Origin: Lama guanicoe
Lineage: Eukaryota
Direction: 5' to 3'
DNA length: 53,015 bases
Assembly (NCBI GenBank): GCA_013239625.1
Contig: MU053994.1
Location: 3,765,898 to 3,818,912 of the forward strand
Shown here: positions 11,609 through 22,987 of the stretch, one piece after another
Layout of the letters: each line of letters opens with the position of its first letter
How positions within the stretch are numbered: the first letter of the stretch is position 1
The notes under the pieces: generated by a model
Seen by the model: the letters and a program-made list of their open reading frames with translations, nothing else
The model's database searches: none
What the model was told of the DNA's origin: nothing
Program-made: the position numbers and the translations under genes

Positions 11609-12230
11609 AAAAGTCAGGAGATTTGTCTTAAGATGTTTTCAAGAGGCAGGGAAATGGGTTTGATGTAACCAGGCTTAAGGCAATAATGAAGAAAAATACA
11701 GCCATTTCCTGTTTATACCCAGTCAGGTTCATCCTGTTTAATAAACCAGTTCCACAAGCATTTAACTTGTGTGAGTTCAACTACATACATTGCAACATTC
11801 TTCCACGTTCATCATTTTATCTCATATAATTTAAATACTTTAAATTCTATTTTTCATATATTCTTTATTAAATATTCTCTACCACTCTATACTTTAAATG
11901 TATGAAATACATATAGAAATTCGTATTACTATATAGGGTTGCACTGTATATACAAAATCACCTGTACTGTTCATTGTGGACAATTTAAAGTACTTCTCAA
12001 GGGTTATTTTCACAATATGGGATTTTTGTCTTATGTGCTGTTGCTGAAGCTAACACTCTATGTAAGATGAAGGTATGAGTCTTCTGTACCCCAAAATTCA
12101 GGGGCAAGAGAGGGTAGGATAAAGAAAGCATATGGTTTTTCAACTCATTGATGTGCCCAGTATATCCAGTTCAATGAGCCCCTTCTAAAGAAAGTGTGTT
12201 TTCACATTTTCACTTTCTAAAATGATAACA

Positions 12231-12413
12231 TGTTAGAGATTAAAGCAACCTTAAAGATCATTAGTCCCCCTCATTTTAGAAGAGGGAACCCAGCTCCTAG
12301 AGAAGTGAATTAAAATGTCTAGGGTTACACAGTACCTTGGTGACAGGTCCTGGCACCTAGAACCTGGCACTCCTATATCAAAATCAATTTTCCCTTCCAT
12401 CTGCCATGCTGCT
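12231..12413 (-). mobile_element. MIR SINE
   Basis: ACCTTAAAGATCATTAGTCCCCCTCATTTTAGA...AGGGTTACACAG...CTAGAACCTGG. Confidence 0.6.
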
Positions 12414-14409
12414 CTGCATCTTTGAGAGTCTTTCTAATAGGCATTGTGAGCCTGACATGGTTTCAAACCATCTAGGGACTGAGGGTCCCCACAGCTTGGA
12501 CTCAGGCCATTGCCCTTGGTTCATTCGGGGGCATACAGGGTTGTAGGACTGATCTCAGGAATGACAAGGGCTTTTCTGTTTCAGAGCTGGTTTCTTCTTC
12601 AATGGAGGATTCCCAGGGTGGATGAGATCTTTTTTGCTCTCATTTGTCCCCTTGTGTGCAGCTTAAGCCTCTTCCCTGGGCATGCGCACTGCCTGCTTCC
12701 CCACTGTGGTCCAGGCCCTAGGGGCGGAGGCTCATCTGATGACCACAGCCAAGACTGCCACTGTGAGCAGATCAACCCTGAGGCTGTAGTCCTAGCCATG
12801 CACAGTCTCTTTAAAACAGGGTTCTATAAGCACTCTGATCTCAATGGTTTGAACTTACTCTTGGAATCCGCTTTCTCCCAAGCTTTCCCTGGGATTCTGT
12901 TCTCATTGCTCACCTCTGTCAAGGGTTGTAGTCCCTTAAGAGTTCTTTGTGAATGAGAATGATCATGTTCATCCACCCCCTCCCTGGCCCATCTGATTGC
13001 AGGGGAGATAGCACTTATAATTCTTCTTGGTCCCTTTGGGACATCGGATACTGAATGCTCTTCTTCCCCTATCAGATGTTTGTCTTGATTTTGCAGCTTT
13101 TCCTTCTAGAGTTTCAAAGCAGGTAAAGCGAAGCCTTCCTGTGACATTTGGAAACTTCACCACTCAGCTCCTTTTCTGTACCTCAATTGGTAAAGCGAGT
13201 GAGATCTCCTGATACCCTCAAATGTCTAAGCATCTTGACTTTAGACAACCACAGAATATCTAGGCCTCTATTTTGTTTACACCTGCTGCTTAGTGCTGCT
13301 CCCCCGACCACAGTGAATGCTGCTTTATTTCCCAGCCTGGAAGAATGCATTTACATCCTCCACTTTTAAGACAATATAAAGCCTAACAAAGCCCTTACAA
13401 GGAGCAGCAGTGCCTATGAGTAGGGGATTTTTTTTTCTACTTCAAATCAGTATTACATTTTTTTCCTGTTGTTTTTGGCAGCCGACCACACCGAGGCCTC
13501 TCAAATAATCTGTTAATCTTAATGAGCTGAATGTCTCTCTCTCATGGAACACACACATCTGATTCATGCCTTCTGCTCTTTCCTGTGTAGCCCTGACACT
13601 GTGATGATGATGCGACTGGCATATAAATCTCACTCACACTGGAGCAGAAAATACAAGCAGAGTGTGTGCCAGCCCTCCATGTACCGTGGGATAAAAGGAG
13701 GCGGCCACAGAGCCAGAAAGGAGTGGATGCCCTGTTCCACCAGGGTATTTCCCAGGATGTTTCACAAGTGTGTGCGTGTGTGTATGTGAAAACCCCCCAA
13801 ACTCTGGAGAAGCCACAATCCTTGAATTGCCCTCTTTGTGTGTTCTAGAGTGTCCTTGAGGGCTTGGGAGGAGGCCAAGGATGATGCGTAATCTATTTCA
13901 ACACATACATATTTTTATGATGTTTTCCTTAGAGTGTAAGGGGAATTCAGAAGAGGAGGGTTCAGCCTTTGATCACAACATTGTATCAACAAGTGCTCAG
14001 ACATCAATTGAATCAAATAGTTGAAAACAAAAGTCTTTTTCTCCCTCCAGCTGAGCAAGTCTCAACAAGATGGTGATCAGGAGATGTCAGTCTTCAGGGG
14101 GCTTTGCCTTCTTCTTTTAGGCCCAGGCCATTTAGGCTAAGGGTACCCACCATGTGCCAAACCCTTGTGTGGGGGACTGGGTACTGAAGGTATAATATGG
14201 AGCAAGACAGACATGTTAAGCAGACCTGAAGCCATAAAGGAGGTTAAAGAAGAAAGATGTGACAATTCTAGGCTCCTCTGGAGTGGATCCTTCTACATAT
14301 ATATTAAAATGTGCACATATATGTTAGGCCTTATCCACTCAGCTTCTGTGTCCAATCAGGTGGGTATTTTAGATCAAAACTAGATGTTTCAGATCTTCTG
14401 TCTTTAAGC

Positions 14410-14591
14410 CAGTGGTTCTCAAAGTGTAGTTCAACAGCTTCAGCATCACCGGGGACTTGAAAGAAATGTGGATTCTCAGGCCCTACCCCAGATCTACTGA
14501 ATCTGAAATTCTGGGATGAAGCCCAGAACTCATTGTGTTTTAACTGGCCCCTCAGGGGATTCTGCTGGACACTCAACTTTGAGAACCACTG
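14410..14591. mobile_element. MER5A hAT-Charlie MITE, full length
   Basis: Perfect 16-bp TIR CAGTGGTTCTCAAAGT / ACTTTGAGAACCACTG; degenerate 8-bp TSD CTTTAAGC / CTTTAGGA. Confidence 0.9.
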
Positions 14592-15649
14592 CTTTAGGAG
14601 AGTTTGTGCTCCCTGCTTCTGGTATCATTATCCTTTTCTCTTCTCCAAATAGAAGCCAGCACAGTCAAATAAAAATCAGGTAGAACACTCCATCCAAGAA
14701 CAGTGCAATTGTTGCATGTGTTGACTTACTGAGATTGCCCTGGTCTTTTTCAGCACCTGGTTGTGAAAGTGGGTGGAAGTGGGTGGTGTAGGAAAAAAAT
14801 GAACTGTGAGTACAGTGACCTAAGAGGTTTTTAATAACTCTAATTTTGGTGAGCATTTGTCCTATGAACGACTCACCTTTTCTTTGCCTTCGGGGAGTTT
14901 CTTTCTTAGTAAAAAAATAATTTGAATTGCAAAGGGGCCTCATATTAGATTTCTGGTACAGATAAAAGGAACATAGGGAATGGATTGTCTTATAAGATGT
15001 AATGCTGTATTGAATTGAATGTCAAGTTAATGATCTATTTTCTTTGAAGTTAAGGTTATGGAAGATCTTGAATCAAAGTGATTCAATGAGGCAGAAAGGC
15101 AGCAAATTCCTTTTAGTGATTTACTTGGTAACTTTGAGTAATTCTTCTGCTGTCTGCCTCATCTACTTGCCCTACTTCCTTTAATGACAGACCTGTACAG
15201 ACTGTATTTGGTATTGATGGTGGTTCACAGATGTAACATCTCTTCAACATGACATTTTTGGTGTGAAGAATTCCTACATATATTGAGAAGATAAGAGCTT
15301 TGATATTGTGAAAAGGGAATCTTGAATGACCTTCTGCCCAAGGAGAGAGAATTTTCCATTGTGCCGGTGGGTGAACACTGGAGCCAGGCCAACTGTCTGC
15401 CTAATTGGATCCATTAATCTCACTAATAAGTTAGCCAATGTACAACCCTGCCCAGGTAACTACAGTAAATGAATCAATAAACATCTGTTGAGGACCAACT
15501 GAGTGTGGAAGATGCTGAGAGTTTAAGGTTCAGGAAGAAAAGAGATGTGTAGGATGTGGTCTTTGCTTTCAAGGAACTTCAACTCTGAACAGATGCACCT
15601 TTTAAAGAAAGCCCTAACAGAGTGACCAAGTGTGGGCCTTATAGGCATC

Positions 15650-16054
15650 GTTAAAATGTGAATCAGAGCATGTCACTCCCATGTGCAAAACTCTCCTAGA
15701 CTTCCCATGTCACTCCATGTCCCAGTCTTCTGAGGCCCCTCTGATGACATCCGTCTCCTCCTCTCTCCTCCTCATTTACTTACCGGTCAGGGACTCTGCC
15801 AGGCACAATGCCAACTCCCTGCTTTGGGACTTCTTGTCCCTTCTGCCTAGAATGCTTTCCTCTTCATGCCTGTCTTCCCTGCAGCACACCCCCTACACCT
15901 TTTCCCCTGACCCAGTCCTTAACATTGGTCACTATTTATTACACTTTGCACTTTTTTATAGATCTTATTTATTATTTGTGTCTCCCAGGAGAACGCAGAG
16001 TCCATAAGGGCAAGATTCTTTGTTTCATTTGGACAATGAAAGGATGAATGAATA
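15650..16054 (+). mobile_element. L2 LINE 3' fragment
   Basis: AAAATGTGAATCAGAGCATGTCACTCCC...TGCCTAGAATGCTTTCC...TCCATAAGGGCAAGATT...ATGAATGAAT tail. Confidence 0.7.
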
Positions 16055-16389
16055 CGTTTGGGTTGGCCAATGAACAGAGGACAGTTTCAAGGACCCGTAT
16101 CATCTCCTTCTTCAATGGACAAGGGCAGCCTAGAATAGGAGTTGGGTCCAATATTTAAACTTATTCTGTGCCAGCACAAGCTTGCCTAAAACCATTGTAT
16201 TTGTTTCTTAAACGCTCACGATCAAAATCCTTAGGCAAGCAAATAAATTAACCCCAAATTATGACCCACTTTGCATGTTATGCTTTAAATTGTATTTTAG
16301 GATCAAGTAAATTCTAGGACTTGTTCCTCAGCCCTGAAACATGTACATTTGTTTTTGCTTTATCAAATATCATTATCCTAGAAATACGT

Positions 16390-17382
16390 CCATTCATTCT
16401 TTTAATTCATTAAAGCAGTTATTTATTTACTGAGTACCTGCTGTGTGCCAGATACTCCTCTAGGTGCTGTAGATACAGAAATAAACAGACAAGACAAAAA
16501 CCTCTGCCTTCATGGAGCTTATGTTCATGTGGGAGAAGCAGATAATTACTAAGACAAATATATACTATGTTGGGAAGTAATTGGCTACAGCACATGGGGG
16601 AAGAGCTGCTGTGTTCATAGAGTGGTCAGGGACAGCTTTATACTTAGGTGATTTGGGGCAGAGCCCTGAAGAGTTGAGTGAGTGAGCCAAGTGGCTGTCT
16701 GGAGAAGAGCTTTCTATGCGAGGGAAAGAGCATTTGCAAAGGCTCTGATGTAGGACCATGCTTGGCATGTTTAAGGAATAGCAAGGAGGCCGTGTAGCTG
16801 AGGCAGAATAAGCAGAGGAGAGAGTAGTATGAGGTGAGATTGGGGGCAGATCACACAGGATCTTAAAAGCTCTTGTGCAGACTTTGGCTTTTCCTCTAAG
16901 TGAGGGAGAAGCCATTGGAGGACTTTGAACAGAGGGAGACATGAATTGACTTGTGTTTTTAAAATATCATGCTTCCTGCTTAGAGAACACTGAGTTGGGG
17001 CATGGACAGACACAAGGAGACTTCCTGGAAGACTACTTCAGTATTCCAGGAGCAAGATAATGGTGGCTTGGACCAAGATGAGGTAACAGTGGAGGTGAGG
17101 AGAAGTAGCTGAATCCCCATATGTTTTAAAGGTAGAACCAGCAGGATTTGCTGACCAATTAAATGTGGGGTGTGAGACAATGAGATGAATCAAGGATAAG
17201 ACCAAAGTCTTGGCCTCAGCCTCTGAAAGAACAGAGTTGTCATTTGCTGGGAAGGAGAAGAGTCGGGAGGAGTTGGTTTGGAGTGGGAATTGGGATCAGG
17301 AATTTAGTTTGGGCCATGGTGAGTTTAAGATGTGTATTTGACATCCAAGTGGAGGGATGAAGTAGGCAAGTGGATGGAAATC
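16390..17382 (-). mobile_element. L2a-like LINE, ~1 kb 3' portion
   Basis: CATTCATTC tail, TTTACTGAGTACCTGCTGTGTGCCAG, CCTTCATGGAGCTTA, GAAGCCATTGGAGGACTTTGAACAGAGG, GACATCCAAGTGGAG in L2 order. Confidence 0.85.
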
Positions 17383-18102
17383 ACTGATGTAACCAAGGGA
17401 GCTGGTGTACTATAGAGTAACATCACCTCCTGACTTAAGAGGAAAACTGGGCCATAACTCATCTTTTAGGCTGACTGTCTTGAACATATGTCTCCCCTAG
17501 TGCTGGGAGGGCCTTGGTGGTGTCTACAAACCTGTGACGCTTCATTCTGTTAAAAAGCCACATCCTCATCACCTCCCTTATTATGTTCAGAGAAGCAAAG
17601 GCCACTGATACTATGTGAAATTTTTTATTAAGATATTAGACCTAGGTGAAACTTAACTTCTCTCTCTCTTTTTTTTAATACCCAGAGACAATAGCCCATC
17701 AGCTTCTGGCTTTTCCTTCTCTACCAACTGGTTATATGCGTGTTTTCATTTCTGTATTATCAGTGAGAGTGATCAGGTTATCATCACAAGCCAAGACATT
17801 GTAAAACACTTATTAATATATATTGCTAGGCCTAGAGGTACAAAGGGCCTTCTGACATCTTGTGAGTGAAGTGTGCACAGAGTGGGAAACCCTCAGAATG
17901 CAAGCTAGCCACTGGCCATCATCTTGGAGTTGGCGGCAAGTGGGCAAGGTGGTGGGGGGTGGAATAACCACCAACAGTTGGTGTGCTGTCTTTGTCATAT
18001 GTGCCATAGGTTGTCAACCTGTGTGTTAGAAAACGTACAAAGCAGTTAAAAGGCTTCAAGGGATCAAGATTACTCTTTTTTTTTTTGACAAACAATGAGC
18101 AC

Positions 18103-18372
18103 TGTGGTAGACAGGATAATGGTTCCCCAAATATTTCCACATCTGAATCTCCAGAACCTGTGAATATACCTTACATGGCCGAAGAGACTTTGCAGGTATG
18201 ATTAAATTAAGAATCTTATGAAAGGGTGATTATCCTGGTGGGCCCAGTGTGACACAAAGGACTGTATAAACGGGTGGTGGGAGGATCAGAATCAGAGAAG
18301 GAGATGTGACAGTGGAAGCAGAGGTTGGAGTTATGGGGCCATGAGCCAAGTAATTCAAGTGGACTCTAGAAG
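18103..18372 (+). mobile_element. MaLR LTR, MLT1D-like, 5' part
   Basis: TGTGGTAGACAGGATAATGG...AGAACCTGTGAATATACCTTACATGG...GACTTTGCAG...GAAGGAGATGTGACAGTGGAAGCAGAG. Confidence 0.8.
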
Positions 18373-18394
18373 TAATAGGAAATTAATATAAGTG

Positions 18395-18605
18395 ATTATT
18401 ATCTATGCTAAGCCTTATCTGTGCTAAGCCTTTATATTTATTATTTTACTTTACCTTACAAACAGCATTTTGGATAGTTCTTATTGTTGTCCATTTCAAA
18501 GATGGTAAAACTGAAGCTTGGAGTAATTATGGCTAGGGAGCTCACCTGTGGTCACATAAAAAGTAAGTAGCAAAGCCAGGTTTTGAACCAAGGCCTTTCC
18601 AATTG
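18395..18605 (-). mobile_element. MIR SINE
   Basis: TGTGCTAAGC...CCATTTCAAAGATGGTAAAACTGAAGCT...GGTCACA...GCCAGGTTTTGAACCAAGG. Confidence 0.7.
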
Positions 18606-20004
18606 CTTAGCTGGAATTCCAAAATAATGTTATAGTACTTCATATATGTGTATATGTATGTGTGCACATATATATGTATTAGAAAAGTGGGCTTTAAAAA
18701 CATAAGCAAAAAAGAAGAATGGATTTTTTTAGGGAAGAAGGGCAAAATTTACTAAACTCAAGTCCCCTTGAGGTCAGGCAACCTCCTTTGATCTGGCAGA
18801 TCCCATGCCTAGCACTTGGTAGACACTTCAGAGGTATCCGTTGAATTGTCAAACCGCCAGTATGTGCTATTTCTTTGATGTATGCTGTGGCTTCTAAATT
18901 TATCCAGCTGAATATTTGCAGTCAGGCTTGGGTGGGAAGCCTCGGCAAGGTGGCCAACTCACACCACGAGTGTGTGTCTCCTGGCAGAACTTTTTGTGTA
19001 TGGAGTCACTTCCTGAGCTACCATGCAAATGGAGGGGATCTGTGAGCCCAAATAATTAAAAAGGCTGAGAATAATCAGAAATCATTTCTCCAAGGCTTTT
19101 GCATGCACATGAATATCTTTACCTCCTCATCAGATTGCTCTTAAAATGGCTTTGCATTGCTTGAATATATATCAGTTCATGTTCGGGAAAGTCACCGGGT
19201 ACAGGGTGGATGTGACAGGAAAGCCAGGCTAGGGTGTAAATTGTGCTATCGATCGTATGCCAACTAGATAATCGAGCTAAGGATAATTAAGAGTGGACGG
19301 ACTGTTTCCAGGTTGCCCTGCCTTGTGTTGATTTGTGCAGGTATTTATGTTGGTTCTAACCTCTCCGGAGACCAGGTCTCATGACACACAAGGTCCCTTT
19401 GTACCACCCACACTAGCACTCTGCTCCCTTTCTGGCCTTGCCTGACATATTCCAACACCTCTGCCCATCCTTGTCTGTGCTCACCAGTTTCTCTGCTGCT
19501 AGCACAGACTTCTCTGTCCCAGTATTTCTGGTATCTTCTGTCATGGCCATTATAAGCTGTTCCCTGGGGAGTTCTCTGACCTTCAGCAGCAGAGCCTGTG
19601 GGGAGCCACCAGGCTGGGCCCCACCCAGAACCCTTCTCCAAGTCGTCTCACATTCTCCTTTCCTGCCTCTCATGATTGCTTTTGTGAAAATCAGAGCAAA
19701 CGAATGTCTCTGCAGGGAATTCCCTGCTGTCAGAAGGCGTCCTCAGGCTGAGGCCCAGCATTCTGGTCCACTGGAGGAAGGGGTCACTTTCTGATCTTCT
19801 GCATCAGTACACGTCAGCATGGTTAAAATGTGGGGCTCTTTCCTGAAAAGGAGAGTTAGTTTAATGAATTAACTAATTAACCAAACAGTTTTTAGTGGGG
19901 AGTCCAAGGAAATTATCAGAAGATTTTGCACATGGTTGGGATTCCAAAATAATTTGTGTTAAAAGGGTGAGAGAGTTAGATCCTAAAAAAGGGAAGAAGA
20001 GGTC

Positions 20005-20448
20005 TGTCTTAGGATGGGGTCCTCAGGAAGCCAACTCTAAGATGAGGATGTGGGTGGAGACCAGGTGGTTTATTTGAGAGGTAGAGACCCCCGGGAGTAC
20101 CACAGGGGAGTGGATGATGGGACAGGGAAGGGAAGACACACACTCCCAAGCCACTTACCTTGTGGGTGACTGGAACTCAGAGACAGTGAGGGCATAGGCT
20201 TCAGTTTGATCCTACTTGAGGGGCAGGGCAGCGGGGGCGATCTGATCTGCAACTGGTTGAGAGCTGCCTTTGGGGATACTAACTGCCCAGCACTTCCAGC
20301 CTGCTGGTGCTCAGGGGAGACATGTTCTCTGAGCCAGAAAAAGCCCCCAGACAGAAGTTGCAGGTGTTTGTAGCAAGAAACTCTTGACGTGGATGGGAAT
20401 CAGAGATGTGCTGAGGAGATATGGGCGGACTGACAGCAGCTGATACAG
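20005..20448 (-). mobile_element. ERVL solo LTR, LTR16-family
   Basis: TGTCTTAGG...CAGGAAGCCAACTCTAAGATGAGG...GGTTTATTTGAGAGGT...GGTTGAGAGCTGC...CAGCACTTCCAGCCTG. Confidence 0.65.
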
Positions 20449-20554
20449 TGCCAGTGTCCTGGGGGCCGTTTCAGATGCAAAACTTCCTCCTCCACAATGT
20501 TTTTCAAGCTTGCTCTTGATGCGCCTCAAATAACCTAACTATTAATAAAGGGAG

Positions 20555-20912
20555 TGACTTAGTCTGTTTGGGCTGCTATAACAAAAATATCATTAACTGG
20601 GTGGCTTATAAACAACCAGCATTTATTTCTCACAATTCTGGAGGCTGAGAAATCCAAGATCATGGCTCCTACAGATTTGGTGTCTGGTGAGGGCCTGCTT
20701 ACTCATAGATGGTGCCTTCTCACTGTGGCCTCACAGGGTGGAAGGCACGGGAGCTCTGTGGGGTCTCTTTTATAAGGGCACTAATCCTATTCATGAGGGC
20801 TCCTCCCTCATGACCTAATCACCTTCCAAAGCCCCACCTCCTAGTACCATCACCTTGGGTATTAGGTTTTCAGCATATGAATTTGGGGGCTACATCCATT
20901 CAGTCTATAGCA
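20555..20912 (-). mobile_element. MaLR solo LTR, MLT1A/MLT1A0-like, full length
   Basis: CTTAGTCTGTTTGGGCTGCTATAACAAAA...TTTATAAGGGCACTAATCC...CATGACCTAATCACC...CATTCAGTCTATAGCA. Confidence 0.88.
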
Positions 20913-22949
20913 GGCTGTAAGCGCACAGTTCATGCAAGTTGATGGATCCCATGAATGGGTGCCCTGTGGCAGAGGTTGGAGCTTCATCCCAAGCATGCCT
21001 ATCACCCATTACTAAGAACAGTTTCCTGTGGGCCAGGCATGTACAGCCTCCACATGCACTTTCAACTTGTTCTAGAACCTGGGCTTTCTGAGAACGGAGA
21101 CATTTCCTATTGCTGTGCTGCCTCAGCTTAGCCCATAGTTTGCAGGTAATATATTTCAGTAACATTTAGAAAAATTTACTGCACAGCTTGTTCTACACAC
21201 AAAAGCTAAATGTTAATGCAGTGTTTTACTAACTGTGCTAAAATCAGCTAGCCAGCTGGTGAATTACCCAGAGGCCCTTTACTGTTGAGACTCACATGGG
21301 GTTTTGTAGCCAGCCTGAATGTCATTTATGTAAAATCACAGTGGTGATGTCAGGCGGGTGCTCTTCAGCTTTCCAGCTGGACGGGGCAGATTAGATATTT
21401 ACACAGGTTTTTCTCTTAACCCCCGCCATGCCCCCTTTCTCTAATGCTGCCCGGTGGATGTGCTTGCCACGTGGAGGGCCCCCAGGGCATGGCAGAGCCA
21501 CACCAGGGTGCCAGGCAGAGAGCATTCCTGTTTCCTGGGTCCACCATTAGCAGAAGGAGCCACAGATGAAGGGTGAAAGCGAGAAGCCAAACTTTGCCAC
21601 TCAGTCTGTCTGGCTCCTGGTTTGAAGGCAGAATAGTGCCAGGATCGATACTAGTGTGGCCGTCAGCACCAGGGAATCAGTCTGTTTGGTGGACTCTAAC
21701 ATTGCACTGGACCCCTGGGTTTGGGTTTTGCCTTCAGGGTTATTTCCTGTCCTGGTTCACCCCGTGTTTTTTTTTCAGCAGGCCATTTTACTCTCTCAGA
21801 TCTCTGGTTTGCTTATTGCTAGAACATGCAGTGAATATATTTTACTTTTTAGCCTACGTTGGAACTGGAATGCACATTCATTCATGTATCCATTCATTTA
21901 GTATTCCTTGCATACCTATTCTTGTAGATGCTAGGAAGGGAGCTTGCAACTGAAAGAGTTCTGGCTAATTCTCCCAGCAATATCCTGACCCAGGTTGGAG
22001 GAATTTGGAGGCCGTGCTTCGTGACTTCACTAGTAATGGCTGAATCGGGGGCGAACAGTTTGATCCTGTTGCCAGGTGGCAGTCTTTTTAAAGAATTTAA
22101 GTTCACTATTGCTTCCTTGAGGAATAGGGGAATCCTTATCTCTGGAAAGGTGAAATCTTATATTTGATATCAAGGGGGTTCTTGTTTCTTTCTTTTCTTT
22201 ATCACACATAAAGATCCAGAGTTTGACCTGCTAGTTGAAACATTATTCTTACAATGACAAATCTTGCATACAATCTCAAATTATTCTAACATGCTCACTG
22301 ACCTGGTTTGAGGAGTTGTCATCTTCTGGTTTATATACTGTGCTGGCTTCCAGAGCTGTCTACCAATGGAAATGAACACAAGTGGATTGTAAACAGGAAG
22401 GAGATCTAAATGTGCATCCTGAGACGCTGAGTGGGTGTGAGCTTAATACAGTGCAAAACAAGACGCACTATATAGAACACACTCCTCTGCATTTGGAAGC
22501 TGCCTAATTTCATACTCATTTGTCTTAATAGTAGAATGTTTGGCAATTTCATTTTGCCTCTACCTTCCCAGAGGGGAACAATTTAAACAATGCATTTCTT
22601 TCTGGTATTCGTGTCATCACAATGAAAATCTTTCCATGGCAGCTCAGCAGTGGGGAACTGCTGTAGTTTGCCCATTATTTGTTCTCTTTCTCTTCCTCTA
22701 ACTCGCATTTCTCCCTCTTTGATTTGGAAAACTTGGTTTATTCAAGAAACAAAGCTGGAAATAAAACCAGCTGTGGTGGGCAGTGGTTAGGGAAGGTTGA
22801 GGCTGTGGAAGAGAGGCAGAAAGAGGGGCTTATGATGGAAGTGGAAATGTCTGTGCTCTCCCTGGGTGAGGGGCGAGTCAGATTGTACTGTGATGAGGGT
22901 TTATGTCTGAATTCATGTTACTGGGGGAGTAGGGATGTGTTATCACAGG

Positions 22950-22987
22950 ATTTTATTGTTATTATTATTGTTATTACTGTTATTATT
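22950..22987. repeat. Imperfect (TTA/TTG)n microsatellite
   Basis: TTTATTGTTATTATTATTGTTATTACTGTTATTATT. Confidence 0.7.

Noticed and set aside
12510..12956. 148-aa ORF
   Set aside because: TTG start, no recognisable homology, no exon structure I can support; same for the ORFs at 19438-19794, 21573-21953 and 25310-25699
13598..13700. C/D-box snoRNA (GTGATGA)
   Set aside because: No CTGA D box or terminal stem at a suitable distance; the motif is part of a short (TGA)n run
15465..17382. miR-28/151/708-type hairpin from oppositely oriented L2 ends
   Set aside because: The inverted L2 pieces are hundreds of bases apart and highly diverged; no mature miRNA sequence or compact hairpin is visible
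22069..22083. CTCF site GCCAGGTGGCAG
   Set aside because: Lacks the leading CC of the core; one partial match is expected by chance in 53 kb
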